Shown in pieces: positions 23,914-32,000 of a stretch of DNA of 32,000 nucleotides. The number at the start of each line of letters is the position of its first letter. Within the stretch, counting starts at the first letter, position 1. The stretch is from Opitutales bacterium. GTDB lineage: Bacteria > Verrucomicrobiota > Verrucomicrobiia > Opitutales > PNEW01. The notes beneath the pieces are model-generated. The model did no database searches, was not told where the DNA came from, and saw only the letters and a list, made by a program, of their open reading frames with translations. A program made the translations under genes and the position numbers. The stretch lies in NCBI GenBank assembly GCA_965219535.1, contig CBDCNV010000001.1:600001-632000 (forward strand), given 5' to 3'.

Positions 23914-24558
23914 CTACGGCTTTACGAGGGCCGCTCGACGGTAGATTTCCTCAAGCTCAATGCCGATGGGGTGGTAGTCGGAATTTCTGGGAAGATCCGC
24001 ATAGGCTGAAAGAATATAGCTGCCCAAAGTTGTGCCATCGATCATAAACACCTTGGGTGTAGCTTCACCTTTAATCAATGTCTCAACGGTCATACCCGCG
24101 ACGAAGGCATCGCATTCTTCCTCGATACTGTTGCGGTGAAACCTGCCGTGGACGGAGTGCACAGCTTCATGGAAGATCGCCTCCATCATTTGGTAGGGCA
24201 GTTGATGAAGAAAGCGGGCGTTATTCATTTCGAGGATTCTAACATATATCTTTTCTTTCCCGATGATTCCCTGGTGCCATACACCGCGAGGACCTCCGAG
24301 TTTGGAACTGAAAATGATGCGGCCCTCCACGAGGAATGTCTCCACTCTATCACAGAGAATAGTCCCTCGCGTCGAACTGCCAAACGACGACTCGCGCATA
24401 CGCTTCAACTCTTCACGAATGATCTGCCTGCCGGACGTCTGCATATCATCCGGCGCCGGTTCGGGAAGTTGCGAAAGCCGAAACAGGGCAATTAAAAGAA
24501 AGAGGAAAATACCCACTGCCCCGATCAATATTAATCGTATTGGACGTCGGATTAGCAT
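23914..24558 (-). CDS. Membrane-anchored hypothetical protein with an HExxH motif, a putative minimal zinc metallopeptidase
   Basis: N-terminal TM helix (ILIGAVGIFLFLLIALF). FHEAVHSVHGRFHRNSIEEECDAF contains HExxH plus downstream acidic residues. Confidence 0.45.
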   Translation of the reverse strand: MLIRRPIRLILIGAVGIFLFLLIALFRLSQLPEPAPDDMQTSGRQIIREELKRMRESSFGSSTRGTILCDRVETFLVEGRIIFSSKLGGPRGVWHQGIIGKEKIYVRILEMNNARFLHQLPYQMMEAIFHEAVHSVHGRFHRNSIEEECDAFVAGMTVETLIKGEATPKVFMIDGTTLGSYILSAYADLPRNSDYHPIGIELEEIYRRAALVKP

Positions 24559-24705
24559 AGGTTAACCAATAGGGTGAATTATACTAATTTCAGATTCGTT
24601 GAAGGAGTATCGCGATGTGGCGCATAGCGGAAGTAATTGCTTTAACATAAGCAGCTATTAATGCTGTATATGTTACAAACGTAAGCGGTCATAAAAAGGA
24701 TTATT

Positions 24706-25671
24706 ATGAAAATATGTCGACGGAATCATTTTAACCTCAGGTATTATTTAAGTGCGCTTGTTTTAAATATATTCCTGATGACAACGGCTATGAGCGCTCA
24801 TCATGAAGCCTATAAAGTGGTGCACGGTTGGCCGCAGTTACCGGAAAATGATGCTTTTGATCAAGTGACGGGTGTGGGGGTGGACTCCCGCAATCGAGTT
24901 TTTATCTCTCATCGCGGCGACAATCCTATACGCGCTTTTGAAGCTGAATCCGGTAAACAGGTCGTCTCCTGGGGTCACGCTGAATTAAACAGTCCCCACG
25001 GGCTAGAAGTTGATAGTGAGGATAACATATGGATTACCGATACCGGAAATCACCAGGTCTACAAATTCAGTAATGAGGGAAAGCTTATCATGACCGTCGG
25101 CACAAAAGGAGAAGAAGGAACTGACCGGTATCATTTTAAACTCCCGACCTCAGTTGCCGTTCTTCCGAGTGGGGAATTTTACGTGGCCGACGGTTATGGC
25201 AACAGCCGTGTAGTTAAATTTGATAAGAACGGTGAATACCTCATTGAATGGGGTCAGAAGGGAGAGGGTCCGGGAGATTTCAATACAGTACATGGGATAG
25301 CTGTAGATAATGAGGGAAAAGTGTACGTGGCGGATCGAGCGAACAATAGAATTCAGGTCTTTGAAGGTAACGGAAAATATCTCACTCAATGGCAAAGTGA
25401 AAAGATCGGTCGCCCTTGGTCCGTTGCCTTTGGTCCGGATGGGTACATTTATGTGGCTGATGGCGGCGATATAAAAGAGAAGCCCCCAGAGCGCAACGGG
25501 GCGGTTAAATTGGATTTAAATGGACAAGTCATCGCAAGGTGGGGGAGCTTTGGCAGTTACGACGGGCAATTTTACTGGGCACACGATATCGGTGTCGATA
25601 GAGATGGCGCCGTCTATGTGGTTGATGTCCATCATGGCATGCGTGTTCAGAAATTCGTGCGTAGTCGTTGA
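24706..25671 (+). CDS. Exported NHL-repeat beta-propeller protein (peptidyl-alpha-hydroxyglycine alpha-amidating lyase-like)
   Basis: Signal-like N-terminus. Repeated NHL units: PHGLEVDSEDNIWITDTGNHQVYKF, FYVADGYGNSRVVKFD, VHGIAVDNEGKVYVADRANNRIQVF, YIYVADGG, VYVVDVHHGMRVQKF. Confidence 0.8.
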   Translation: MKICRRNHFNLRYYLSALVLNIFLMTTAMSAHHEAYKVVHGWPQLPENDAFDQVTGVGVDSRNRVFISHRGDNPIRAFEAESGKQVVSWGHAELNSPHGLEVDSEDNIWITDTGNHQVYKFSNEGKLIMTVGTKGEEGTDRYHFKLPTSVAVLPSGEFYVADGYGNSRVVKFDKNGEYLIEWGQKGEGPGDFNTVHGIAVDNEGKVYVADRANNRIQVFEGNGKYLTQWQSEKIGRPWSVAFGPDGYIYVADGGDIKEKPPERNGAVKLDLNGQVIARWGSFGSYDGQFYWAHDIGVDRDGAVYVVDVHHGMRVQKFVRSR

Positions 25672-25750
25672 ATGATTTAATTCTGCGCAACGGCAAAGAT
25701 TTCCAGCTGAGCAGGTAGAGTGATGACAACCCTTTTTTTTAATCAGAAAA

Positions 25751-26257
25751 GTGAAATCTAAAGGGGAAAAGGTAACAAGGTATTACCTTGAAATGAAGTC
25801 TCCCTCCGGGCTGAGAGGGAAAAGTGAATCGGGCGGGTTAGTTGTCACCGAATGTGAAATTGCACAGTTTCGAATTAACAGATTTCTCTACCAGTTAATC
25901 GGTGCAGATTGGGAATGGAAAAGTAAGCTCTCGTGGTCTGATCAGCAGTGGAAAGCTTTAGTTGAGAGTGAAAATCATAGAACATGGATGGCCTACTTAA
26001 GCGGTTCAGTAGCGGGATACTTTGAACTCTCTAAAGATGAATCGGATGTGGAAATTCTCGCTTTTGGTTTAGCGCAGCCATTTATAGGCAAGGGTTACGG
26101 CGGCTACTTCTTGTCTTACGCTGTTAAATCAGCCTGGTCTTGGGAGGGTGCGGAACGTGTCTGGCTACACACAAGCACCCTGGATCATCCAAGAGCATTG
26201 CCGAACTATGAAGCGCGCGGATTTAAGCTCTATCGAGAGGAGACAGCAGACCGATAA
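25751..26257 (+). CDS. GNAT-family N-acetyltransferase
   Basis: The acetyl-CoA-binding pattern QPFIGKGYGGYFLSYAV (Q/R-x-x-G-x-G/A) and a typical C-terminal NYEARGFKLY. The start is a GTG at 25751, with an ATG alternative at 25793. Confidence 0.75.
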   Translation: MKSKGEKVTRYYLEMKSPSGLRGKSESGGLVVTECEIAQFRINRFLYQLIGADWEWKSKLSWSDQQWKALVESENHRTWMAYLSGSVAGYFELSKDESDVEILAFGLAQPFIGKGYGGYFLSYAVKSAWSWEGAERVWLHTSTLDHPRALPNYEARGFKLYREETADR

Positions 26258-26293
26258 ATTTATGGCAATTAGAAGGCATCAGGATTAGAGCTT

Positions 26294-26686
26294 ATGACCG
26301 CTTTATTATTAATAGGCTGTGGGTTGTTTTTTCTGACGGAAGCATTAATTGGATTATTTAAACCGGTTGTATACAAAGCTGTTGAACCTGATTCACGAAT
26401 CCAGCGGCCACTTCTCTTACCGATGATTGGAAGTATTCTCACAATATGGGGAATTACCTGTATTGGGCTTAACATTCCCCCGATCAACATTGAAGATTGG
26501 GTGCTTTTAGTCCTTGGCATACCCTTTATTTATAAGGGAGTGTTGACGGTTTTTTTACCCGACCAACTGAAGGATACTTTGGAGAAAATTAAATCTCAAC
26601 CAGGATTGTGGAAAAATAAGTGTATCGGTAGATTTTTCGTCAGCGGCATTCTTTTTATTTGGGGAACAGTATTGATCGGATTGTGA
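26294..26686 (+). CDS. Hypothetical four-TM membrane protein
   Basis: 130 aa with four hydrophobic segments. No motif recognised. Confidence 0.5.
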   Translation: MTALLLIGCGLFFLTEALIGLFKPVVYKAVEPDSRIQRPLLLPMIGSILTIWGITCIGLNIPPINIEDWVLLVLGIPFIYKGVLTVFLPDQLKDTLEKIKSQPGLWKNKCIGRFFVSGILFIWGTVLIGL

Positions 26687-26736
26687 AGAGGCGGATGTTA
26701 AATAATTGCCATCCCGCTATAGGATAAATTAATAAA

Positions 26737-27483
26737 ATGACGATGGGACTGAGCTTACCGCAAACGCTGAGGGCAACTCTTAATAAGATTAAAGAGTATA
26801 ACGCAGCCGTCAGTGGGAATTATCTCGATATTGGAAGCGGTCATGGAGAGCTGATCTCCGAGGTTATTTCTGAATTTAAAGTCAAACCTCACGCCTGTGA
26901 TTATACGGACGAGTTAATACAATTGCCCGATCAATCGGTTGATATTGTAGATTTAAACAATCAAGAGCTTCCTTATGCGGATGATTATTTTGAATTAGTT
27001 ACCTCGACTGAAGTAATTGAGCACCTTGAAGATTATCGGGGAACGTTAAAGGAAATATTTAGAGTATTAAAACCGGGCGGTATCCTCGTATTATCAACCC
27101 CTAATATTCTTAATATTAAATCAAGGTTAAGGTTTTTAATTTTTGGGTTCTGGAATTTATTCGGTCCCTTACATCTTCAAGAAAACAAAAAATACAGTAC
27201 TGGAGGACATATTAACCCGGTTGCCTATTTTTATCTAGCGCATTCACTCTCTGAAATCGGGTTTGAAAAAGTAAATGTATCGATCGATAAAAAGCAGACT
27301 TCCTCCATGATCGGATTAATATTTCTCTGGCTGCCGGTTAAAATATTTGGCGCTCTGGCTTTTCGCAAAGAACGAATTAAATACCAGACGATCGATAATA
27401 TTAACGAGCGCTTTGTGCGCGAGATGAACAGCGCAAAACTCCTACTTGGGAGGACGATCATAGTCGCCTGTGTAAAACCCTGA
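26737..27483 (+). CDS. Class I SAM-dependent methyltransferase
   Basis: Motif I YLDIGSGHGEL and the post-II/III region VLKPGGILVLSTPN. Confidence 0.8.
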   Translation: MTMGLSLPQTLRATLNKIKEYNAAVSGNYLDIGSGHGELISEVISEFKVKPHACDYTDELIQLPDQSVDIVDLNNQELPYADDYFELVTSTEVIEHLEDYRGTLKEIFRVLKPGGILVLSTPNILNIKSRLRFLIFGFWNLFGPLHLQENKKYSTGGHINPVAYFYLAHSLSEIGFEKVNVSIDKKQTSSMIGLIFLWLPVKIFGALAFRKERIKYQTIDNINERFVREMNSAKLLLGRTIIVACVKP

Positions 27484-27514
27484 TCAGATAAGGAATCGTT
27501 AAAAAAATCTACCT

Positions 27515-27608
27515 CTTTGTCTTCGTCTGTCTCTTCGTCTATTAAATATTAACGAAATACTTAGTCATTTAATCTGAGAGGAAGACGAAGAGACAGACGA
27601 AGACGAAG
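27515..27608. repeat. Hairpin-forming inverted repeat (26-bp arms matching at 25/26 positions, 42-nt loop) of the CTTCGTCTTCGTCTG family. Probably a bidirectional terminator.
   Basis: CTTTGTCTTCGTCTGTCTCTTCGTCT at 27515-27540 pairs with AGACGAAGAGACAGACGAAGACGAAG at 27583-27608. An inner ATTAAAT/ATTTAAT pair sits at 27541-27547 and 27567-27573. The element lies between the convergent genes ending at 27483 and 27680. Confidence 0.8.
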
Positions 27609-27679
27609 ATTTTCTGCTTGTTTTCTATCCATCCGTCTAAGCAGGGATAAAAATCAAAGTACTTTCCCTTGGCTATACT

Positions 27680-28183
27680 TTAAGGAACCCGATAATTAAA
27701 TTTGGTTTTTTCAATATCGCCTACCTTTGGGTCACTAAAATTAACTCTGGCTCCACGAATTTTGTCATGCTTACCTGTCTTCTTATCCTTTTGTAGGATT
27801 TGAAATGAAACACTTTTATTTCGCAGGGTCGTATTAATACTAATAATTTCAACACTGAAAATTAATTGACCAGCATAGGCTGGTTTATTAAATGGAATCG
27901 AATTACCGGACTCACTGTCATCAAGATTAAAAGTCAGATTATTGGAAGCGGTAACTTTTTCCACCTTATAGAGTGAAATTACAGCTTCTACTTCTCCTGA
28001 CGCTTCAGTGCCCGAATTTTCAACTCTGACAATCCAATTTTTCGGTCTAATAAAAAGCTTTTCACGCCATAAATCTGTGTCACTGCCATTTGCGGAATAA
28101 GCTAACTCGACACTTCCACCCGAGAGGAATAATGCGGCGACGAGCGTGATTTTTAGAAGATTAATCTGGCTGAATCTTTTCAT
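27680..28183 (-). CDS. Secreted hypothetical protein (167 aa)
   Basis: An AGGAG lies 7 nt before the ATG at 28183. Signal peptide MKRFSQINLLKITLVAALFLSGGSVELAYSA. The track's 34-aa N-terminal extension (to 28285) is unlikely to be real. Confidence 0.55.
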   Translation of the reverse strand: MKRFSQINLLKITLVAALFLSGGSVELAYSANGSDTDLWREKLFIRPKNWIVRVENSGTEASGEVEAVISLYKVEKVTASNNLTFNLDDSESGNSIPFNKPAYAGQLIFSVEIISINTTLRNKSVSFQILQKDKKTGKHDKIRGARVNFSDPKVGDIEKTKFNYRVP

Positions 28184-28437
28184 ATTATACTCCTGGTTAC
28201 ATATCTGCGTTAATTTATACTTTATTCTGATTAAAACCTGAAAGGATGCTATTGATAAATCAATGCTAAAATATTCAACCTTCAACGCCAGGCATTGAAT
28301 AATGTAATTGATAAACCTACATTCGTGTTATTGAAAGATGTCGACCCACAGCTGCGGAACTCGGTATTGGGGTCTTAACTTTTAGACTTTTCTTGTATTA
28401 ATTAAAAATCAGACAATAGTTTCAGAAAGGAAATGGG

Positions 28438-29307
28438 ATGGCAAAGTGGCTGCTTATTGACGGTTATAACCTGACGTTTCGCGCATTTTATGGGATGCCG
28501 GATCTGATCCGTTCGGATGGATTTCCCACAAACGCGATCCACGGATGGGTGCGTACCCTCTGGCGACTAGTGGATGATGAATCACCTGACCACATGGTGG
28601 TGTTTTTCGATCGCGGCGGCGACAAACGGCGCGAGGCATTACAACCAGAATACAAGGCCAACCGTGAAGCCTGTCCCGAACCACTCAGTGTACAGATACC
28701 ATTTATTAAGGAGTTAACCCTGGCGATGGGTTACGGGGGGATAGAGAAGGAGGGCGTTGAAGCAGATGACCTGATCGGGGTGAACGCCCGCGAATTGGCA
28801 AAGAACGGTGAGGTAGTGCTTATCGTCAGCGCGGATAAGGACCTGGCACAGTGTGTTACGGACGGGGTTACACAGTTGCTTCCTCCGCCCACGGCAAATC
28901 CGAAGCTGGGTTGGCGACGTCTCGATGCCGAGGGGGTGAAAAGTAAATTTGGTGTAAGACCGGATCAAATACCCGACTATCTGGCTCTTATCGGGGATAC
29001 ATCAGATAATATACCTGGGCTTCAAGGGGTTGGGCCTAAAACAGCCGCTAAGTGGCTCAATGCTTACGGTAACCTGGAAAGAGTGATTGAAAATTGTGGA
29101 AGATTAAAACCCCAACGTTTCCAGTCCCAGGTTTATGAAAAAGCAGATGATCTACGCTGCAACCTCCTGATGACAACACTTCAATACGATCACGAAATTC
29201 AGGTTTTATCGAATTTTACACCCGATCGTGATAAACTCCTCGCCCTTTTAAGCGAATTGGAAATGAAAACAGCTCATCGAGACGCAAGTGAGCGCTATGC
29301 AAAATAG
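28438..29307 (+). CDS. Stand-alone 5'-3' exonuclease / flap endonuclease (Pol I N-terminal-domain family)
   Basis: LLIDGYNLTFRAFY, FDRGGDKRREALQPEYKANR, EADDLIG, SADKDLAQ and the H3TH motif IGDTSDNIPGLQGVGPKTAAKWL. Confidence 0.9.
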   Translation: MAKWLLIDGYNLTFRAFYGMPDLIRSDGFPTNAIHGWVRTLWRLVDDESPDHMVVFFDRGGDKRREALQPEYKANREACPEPLSVQIPFIKELTLAMGYGGIEKEGVEADDLIGVNARELAKNGEVVLIVSADKDLAQCVTDGVTQLLPPPTANPKLGWRRLDAEGVKSKFGVRPDQIPDYLALIGDTSDNIPGLQGVGPKTAAKWLNAYGNLERVIENCGRLKPQRFQSQVYEKADDLRCNLLMTTLQYDHEIQVLSNFTPDRDKLLALLSELEMKTAHRDASERYAK

Positions 29308-29313
29308 AAGGTA

Positions 29314-30195
29314 TTATATTTGTGGGTAAATTAAATAACCTCTACGGTCCGTACGCGTGCGAAATAAGCAGCCGTCTGCGGTAAGGTAAAGGGTCTTCAG
29401 ATCTGCGTCCCCAAACGTGCAGTTCGTCGGATTGTCCCTGGGGACAGGATGCGTTTCCAAAACGCGACCATTAGGAGCAAAGACATAAATCATTGGACCG
29501 GGTCCACTCTCCTCAAAACCGGCGGTGGCAATAATATTGCCTTCAGTGTCCAGGCACATCCCATCGATACCACGATGGGGGGAAAAATTATGAAGCAGTG
29601 AATATTCTCCCAGGCTACCATCAGCGTTGATGGGATAAGCGCGTAACTCCATTTTAAGTTTGTATTCGCTTTGAGCGACATAGAGGACCTTTTGGTCAGG
29701 AGATATCAATAAACCATTTGGTTTTGTTGTGTCATAGGTAACACGTGTGAGATTCCAGGTGTCATCCGGTAAAGGATCAGCGCGGAAGACGGATTGATGA
29801 TCGAGTTCTAAATTGTCAACTTTATCCCCATAGCGAGGATCGGTAAACCAAAGCTGGCCCTCTCTATCAAAGGCTAAATCATTCGGGCTGTTTAATTTTT
29901 TCCCTTCAAAATTGTCGGCAATAACCGTCGTTGTCCCATCTTTATTATAGCGCACCATACGGTGGGTATCTCCCTGGGAGTCGCCCTCGCAGGCATAGAG
30001 TCGTCCATCCTTGTCAAACATGAGCCCGTTGGCTTCGTTAGTGTCAGTGCGAAATACTGAGCAATCACCGCTGGCCGCATGATAGCGCATGATGCGATGT
30101 TCCGGACAATGAGAAAATAATACCGCTTCACCATCCCAAGCGGGTCCTTCCGTGAAGCTGAAAGGTCCTGCAACAAGTTCGAATTCCCAACTCAT
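29314..30195 (-). CDS. SMP-30/gluconolactonase/LRE-family beta-propeller hydrolase
   Basis: EGPAWDGE, EANGLMFD, SPNDLAFDREGQLWFTDP, KPNGLLISPDQKVLYVA and DGMCLDTEGNI follow the family pattern. Confidence 0.85.
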   Translation of the reverse strand: MSWEFELVAGPFSFTEGPAWDGEAVLFSHCPEHRIMRYHAASGDCSVFRTDTNEANGLMFDKDGRLYACEGDSQGDTHRMVRYNKDGTTTVIADNFEGKKLNSPNDLAFDREGQLWFTDPRYGDKVDNLELDHQSVFRADPLPDDTWNLTRVTYDTTKPNGLLISPDQKVLYVAQSEYKLKMELRAYPINADGSLGEYSLLHNFSPHRGIDGMCLDTEGNIIATAGFEESGPGPMIYVFAPNGRVLETHPVPRDNPTNCTFGDADLKTLYLTADGCLFRTRTDRRGYLIYPQI

Positions 30196-30340
30196 GATTT
30201 TTAAATAAGAGCCATGATTACTATTATAAAAATTAAATGACTAACGAATACAGTTTAGAATGGATTTAATATAAAGTGAAATTATCTTTTAAAAAATATG
30301 AAATTATTTATTTTACTCCTATTAATATTAATTGGAGACC

Positions 30341-31657
30341 ATGGTATCAGATATAGCGAAACAAAAAAAAGCAACCGTACATACCCTGGGTTGTCGCCTT
30401 AACCAATCGGAGTCGCAGATTATTCGTGAAAAGCTGGAAGAGGCGGGTTATCGTTATGTATCTTTTGGTGATAGGGCGGACCTGGCAGTTATTAATACTT
30501 GTACCGTAACTCGCGAGGCGGATGCAAAATGCCGACAGGCGATCCGCCAATTTATACGTGCGAATCCGCGCGCTTTTACCGCGGTTGTGGGTTGCTATTC
30601 ACAGATGGGTGCCAAGGCCATCGCGGAGATAGACGGCGTCGATCTCATCATCGGAAACCAGGATAAATTGAGCGTACTCGATTATGTCGGTCATGGTAAA
30701 AATGAGCGACCGCTTATTGTTCGAGACCGCATCGATAGAGACGATTTCTCTATTCACTTTGTGGGGGATCAGCCATTTGAGAAAAGAGCCAATCTTAAAA
30801 TTCAGGACGGGTGCAATTTTATGTGTTCTTTCTGTATTATTCCCTTCGCGCGAGGACGGGCGCGGTCCCGAGGCTATAACAATCTTATGTGTGAGGCCCA
30901 AAGCCTGGTCGATCGCGGGGTGCGTGAAATTATTCTCACCGGTGTTAATATCGGAACTTACAATAATCATGACTGTGATATCTTATCGATCGTTGATCAT
31001 CTTAATGCTATCGCGGGTCTCTCGCGTATGCGCATCAGCAGTATCGAACCAACGACGATACCGGTGGCACTTTTAGAGCGTATGGCTGACCCCGAACACG
31101 CCCTTTTGCCCTATTTGCATATTCCACTGCAATCCGGATCGGATAAAATACTCCAGCTCATGCGTCGTAAGTACACTGTTTCTGATTTTGTTAAATTTAT
31201 AAATAATGCCACAAAAAGAGTCCCCGGTCTCTGTATCGGGACGGATATACTTACAGGATTTCCCGGTGAGGGAGAAAAGGAGTTTGATGAAACTTGCCGA
31301 ATCTTTCTCGATAACCCCTTTGCTTATTGTCATGTTTTTACCTACTCGGAGAGAGAGGGAACACCGGCGGTGCGCCAACCGGAGATTGTGCCTGTGTCTG
31401 AACGCAATCGTCGCGGCGCTTATTTACGGCGGCTCAGCGCGAAAAGGCGTTATAATTATTATGAGTCATACCTGGGAAAAACGGTGGAGGTTCTTTTCGA
31501 AGATCGACGTCAGGGCGTTTGGCCAGGTTATACCGGTAATTACATCCGGGTCGTAAGCGAATCGTCCCAGGACTTAACCAATCGGCTGGCCCGTGTGCGC
31601 CTGGAAAAAATAAGCGCTGATTTCGTCGAGGGATCAATTGTCGAAGTGCTAAATTAA
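30341..31657 (+). CDS. mtaB: Radical-SAM methylthiotransferase, MtaB-type (tRNA ms2t6A synthesis)
   Basis: N-terminal UPF0004 domain HTLGCRLNQSESQ...VINTCTVTREA...VVGCYSQ. Radical-SAM cluster CNFMCSFCIIP. C-terminal TRAM-like segment. The ATG at 30341 is preceded by GGAG; the track's TTG start at 30332 is less likely. Confidence 0.8.
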   Translation: MVSDIAKQKKATVHTLGCRLNQSESQIIREKLEEAGYRYVSFGDRADLAVINTCTVTREADAKCRQAIRQFIRANPRAFTAVVGCYSQMGAKAIAEIDGVDLIIGNQDKLSVLDYVGHGKNERPLIVRDRIDRDDFSIHFVGDQPFEKRANLKIQDGCNFMCSFCIIPFARGRARSRGYNNLMCEAQSLVDRGVREIILTGVNIGTYNNHDCDILSIVDHLNAIAGLSRMRISSIEPTTIPVALLERMADPEHALLPYLHIPLQSGSDKILQLMRRKYTVSDFVKFINNATKRVPGLCIGTDILTGFPGEGEKEFDETCRIFLDNPFAYCHVFTYSEREGTPAVRQPEIVPVSERNRRGAYLRRLSAKRRYNYYESYLGKTVEVLFEDRRQGVWPGYTGNYIRVVSESSQDLTNRLARVRLEKISADFVEGSIVEVLN

Positions 31658-31661
31658 AAGA

Positions 31662-32000
31662 ATGAAAAAACTTCTGCTCTGGGACATAGATGGGACATTG
31701 CTTAATTCTGGTGGCGCCGGCAGACGGGCCATGGAGAGTGCGATTAATAGGACATTTTCCATCGATGTTTCGCTTGAGACTATTGAATTTAACGGGCGCA
31801 CCGATCAGAATATTCTCAGCCAGTTTTTTAATAAATTTAAATTTGCGGACAGTGAAGAGAGTAGGCTGGAACTGTGTGATTTATATTATGAGCAATTATT
31901 AATTGAAATCCCACAGGGCGAGGGGATGATCCTTCCCGGTGTCATAGAAGTTGTAGAAACCGTACATAGGAGGGATGATTTGAATCAAGGACTGCTCACA
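31662..32000 (+). CDS. HAD-superfamily hydrolase (phosphoglycolate-phosphatase-like), N-terminal part. The ORF continues past the right edge of the window.
   Basis: Manual translation from the ATG at 31662 gives MKKLLLWDIDGTLLNSGGAGRRAMESAINRTF...GRTDQNIL..., which contains HAD motif I (DxDGT). The frame stays open to the window end, which is why it is missing from the ORF track. Confidence 0.7.
   Translation, partial: MKKLLLWDIDGTLLNSGGAGRRAMESAINRTFSIDVSLETIEFNGRTDQNILSQFFNKFKFADSEESRLELCDLYYEQLLIEIPQGEGMILPGVIEVVETVHRRDDLNQGLLT

Noticed and set aside
27680-28285. Full 201-aa version of the minus-strand ORF
   Set aside because: The first 34 residues lack a ribosome-binding site and precede a canonical AGGAG-N7-ATG plus signal peptide at 28183. 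The shorter form is the one called.

Overview
A 32-kb bacterial chromosomal window with about 30 supportable protein-coding genes. I found no rRNA, tRNA or CRISPR array. The gene content (14-blade FG-GAP protein, Ig-like surface protein, class III cyclase-TPR proteins, NHL and SMP-30 propellers) suggests an aquatic Gram-negative, possibly of the PVC group, but that is inference only. Two genes run off the window edges and are missing from the ORF track: a minus-strand tandem Cache-domain protein (1-893) and a plus-strand HAD hydrolase (31662-32000). The clearest accessory region is an AT-rich tract (about 894-6470) carrying a compact integrative/replicative element. On one strand it encodes a tyrosine integrase, an unknown 314-aa protein, an AlpA/excisionase-like HTH, a winged-helix replication organiser and a DnaC-like ATPase, followed by an iteron/palindrome cluster. 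It has no structural, packaging or conjugation genes. A 38-aa MgtC-type N-terminal stub with an intact Shine-Dalgarno lies next to it. The rest of the window is mostly ordinary metabolism and surface proteins, but three unrelated intergenic repeat families stand out. The first is long CTTCGTCTTCGTCTG-type inverted repeats (9946-10179 and 27515-27608). The second is a 232-bp element with 21-47 bp terminal inverted repeats and internal roughly 34-41 bp tandem units (15859-16090), with a solo unit at 14076-14133. The third is a 25-50 bp motif, GGGGTCATGTCGATCTTTTTGTAA...AGGTYG, in four copies, three of which alternate in orientation around two small genes at 16.2-17.6 kb. Other notable items: an inverted pair of cyclase-TolB-like-TPR paralogs, one of which has lost almost the whole cyclase domain; a histone-H1-like lysine-rich tail fused to a CBM20-like module; and a PhyH dioxygenase, class III aminotransferase and ATP-grasp trio. 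All functional calls rest on motif recognition by eye. No database search was run.
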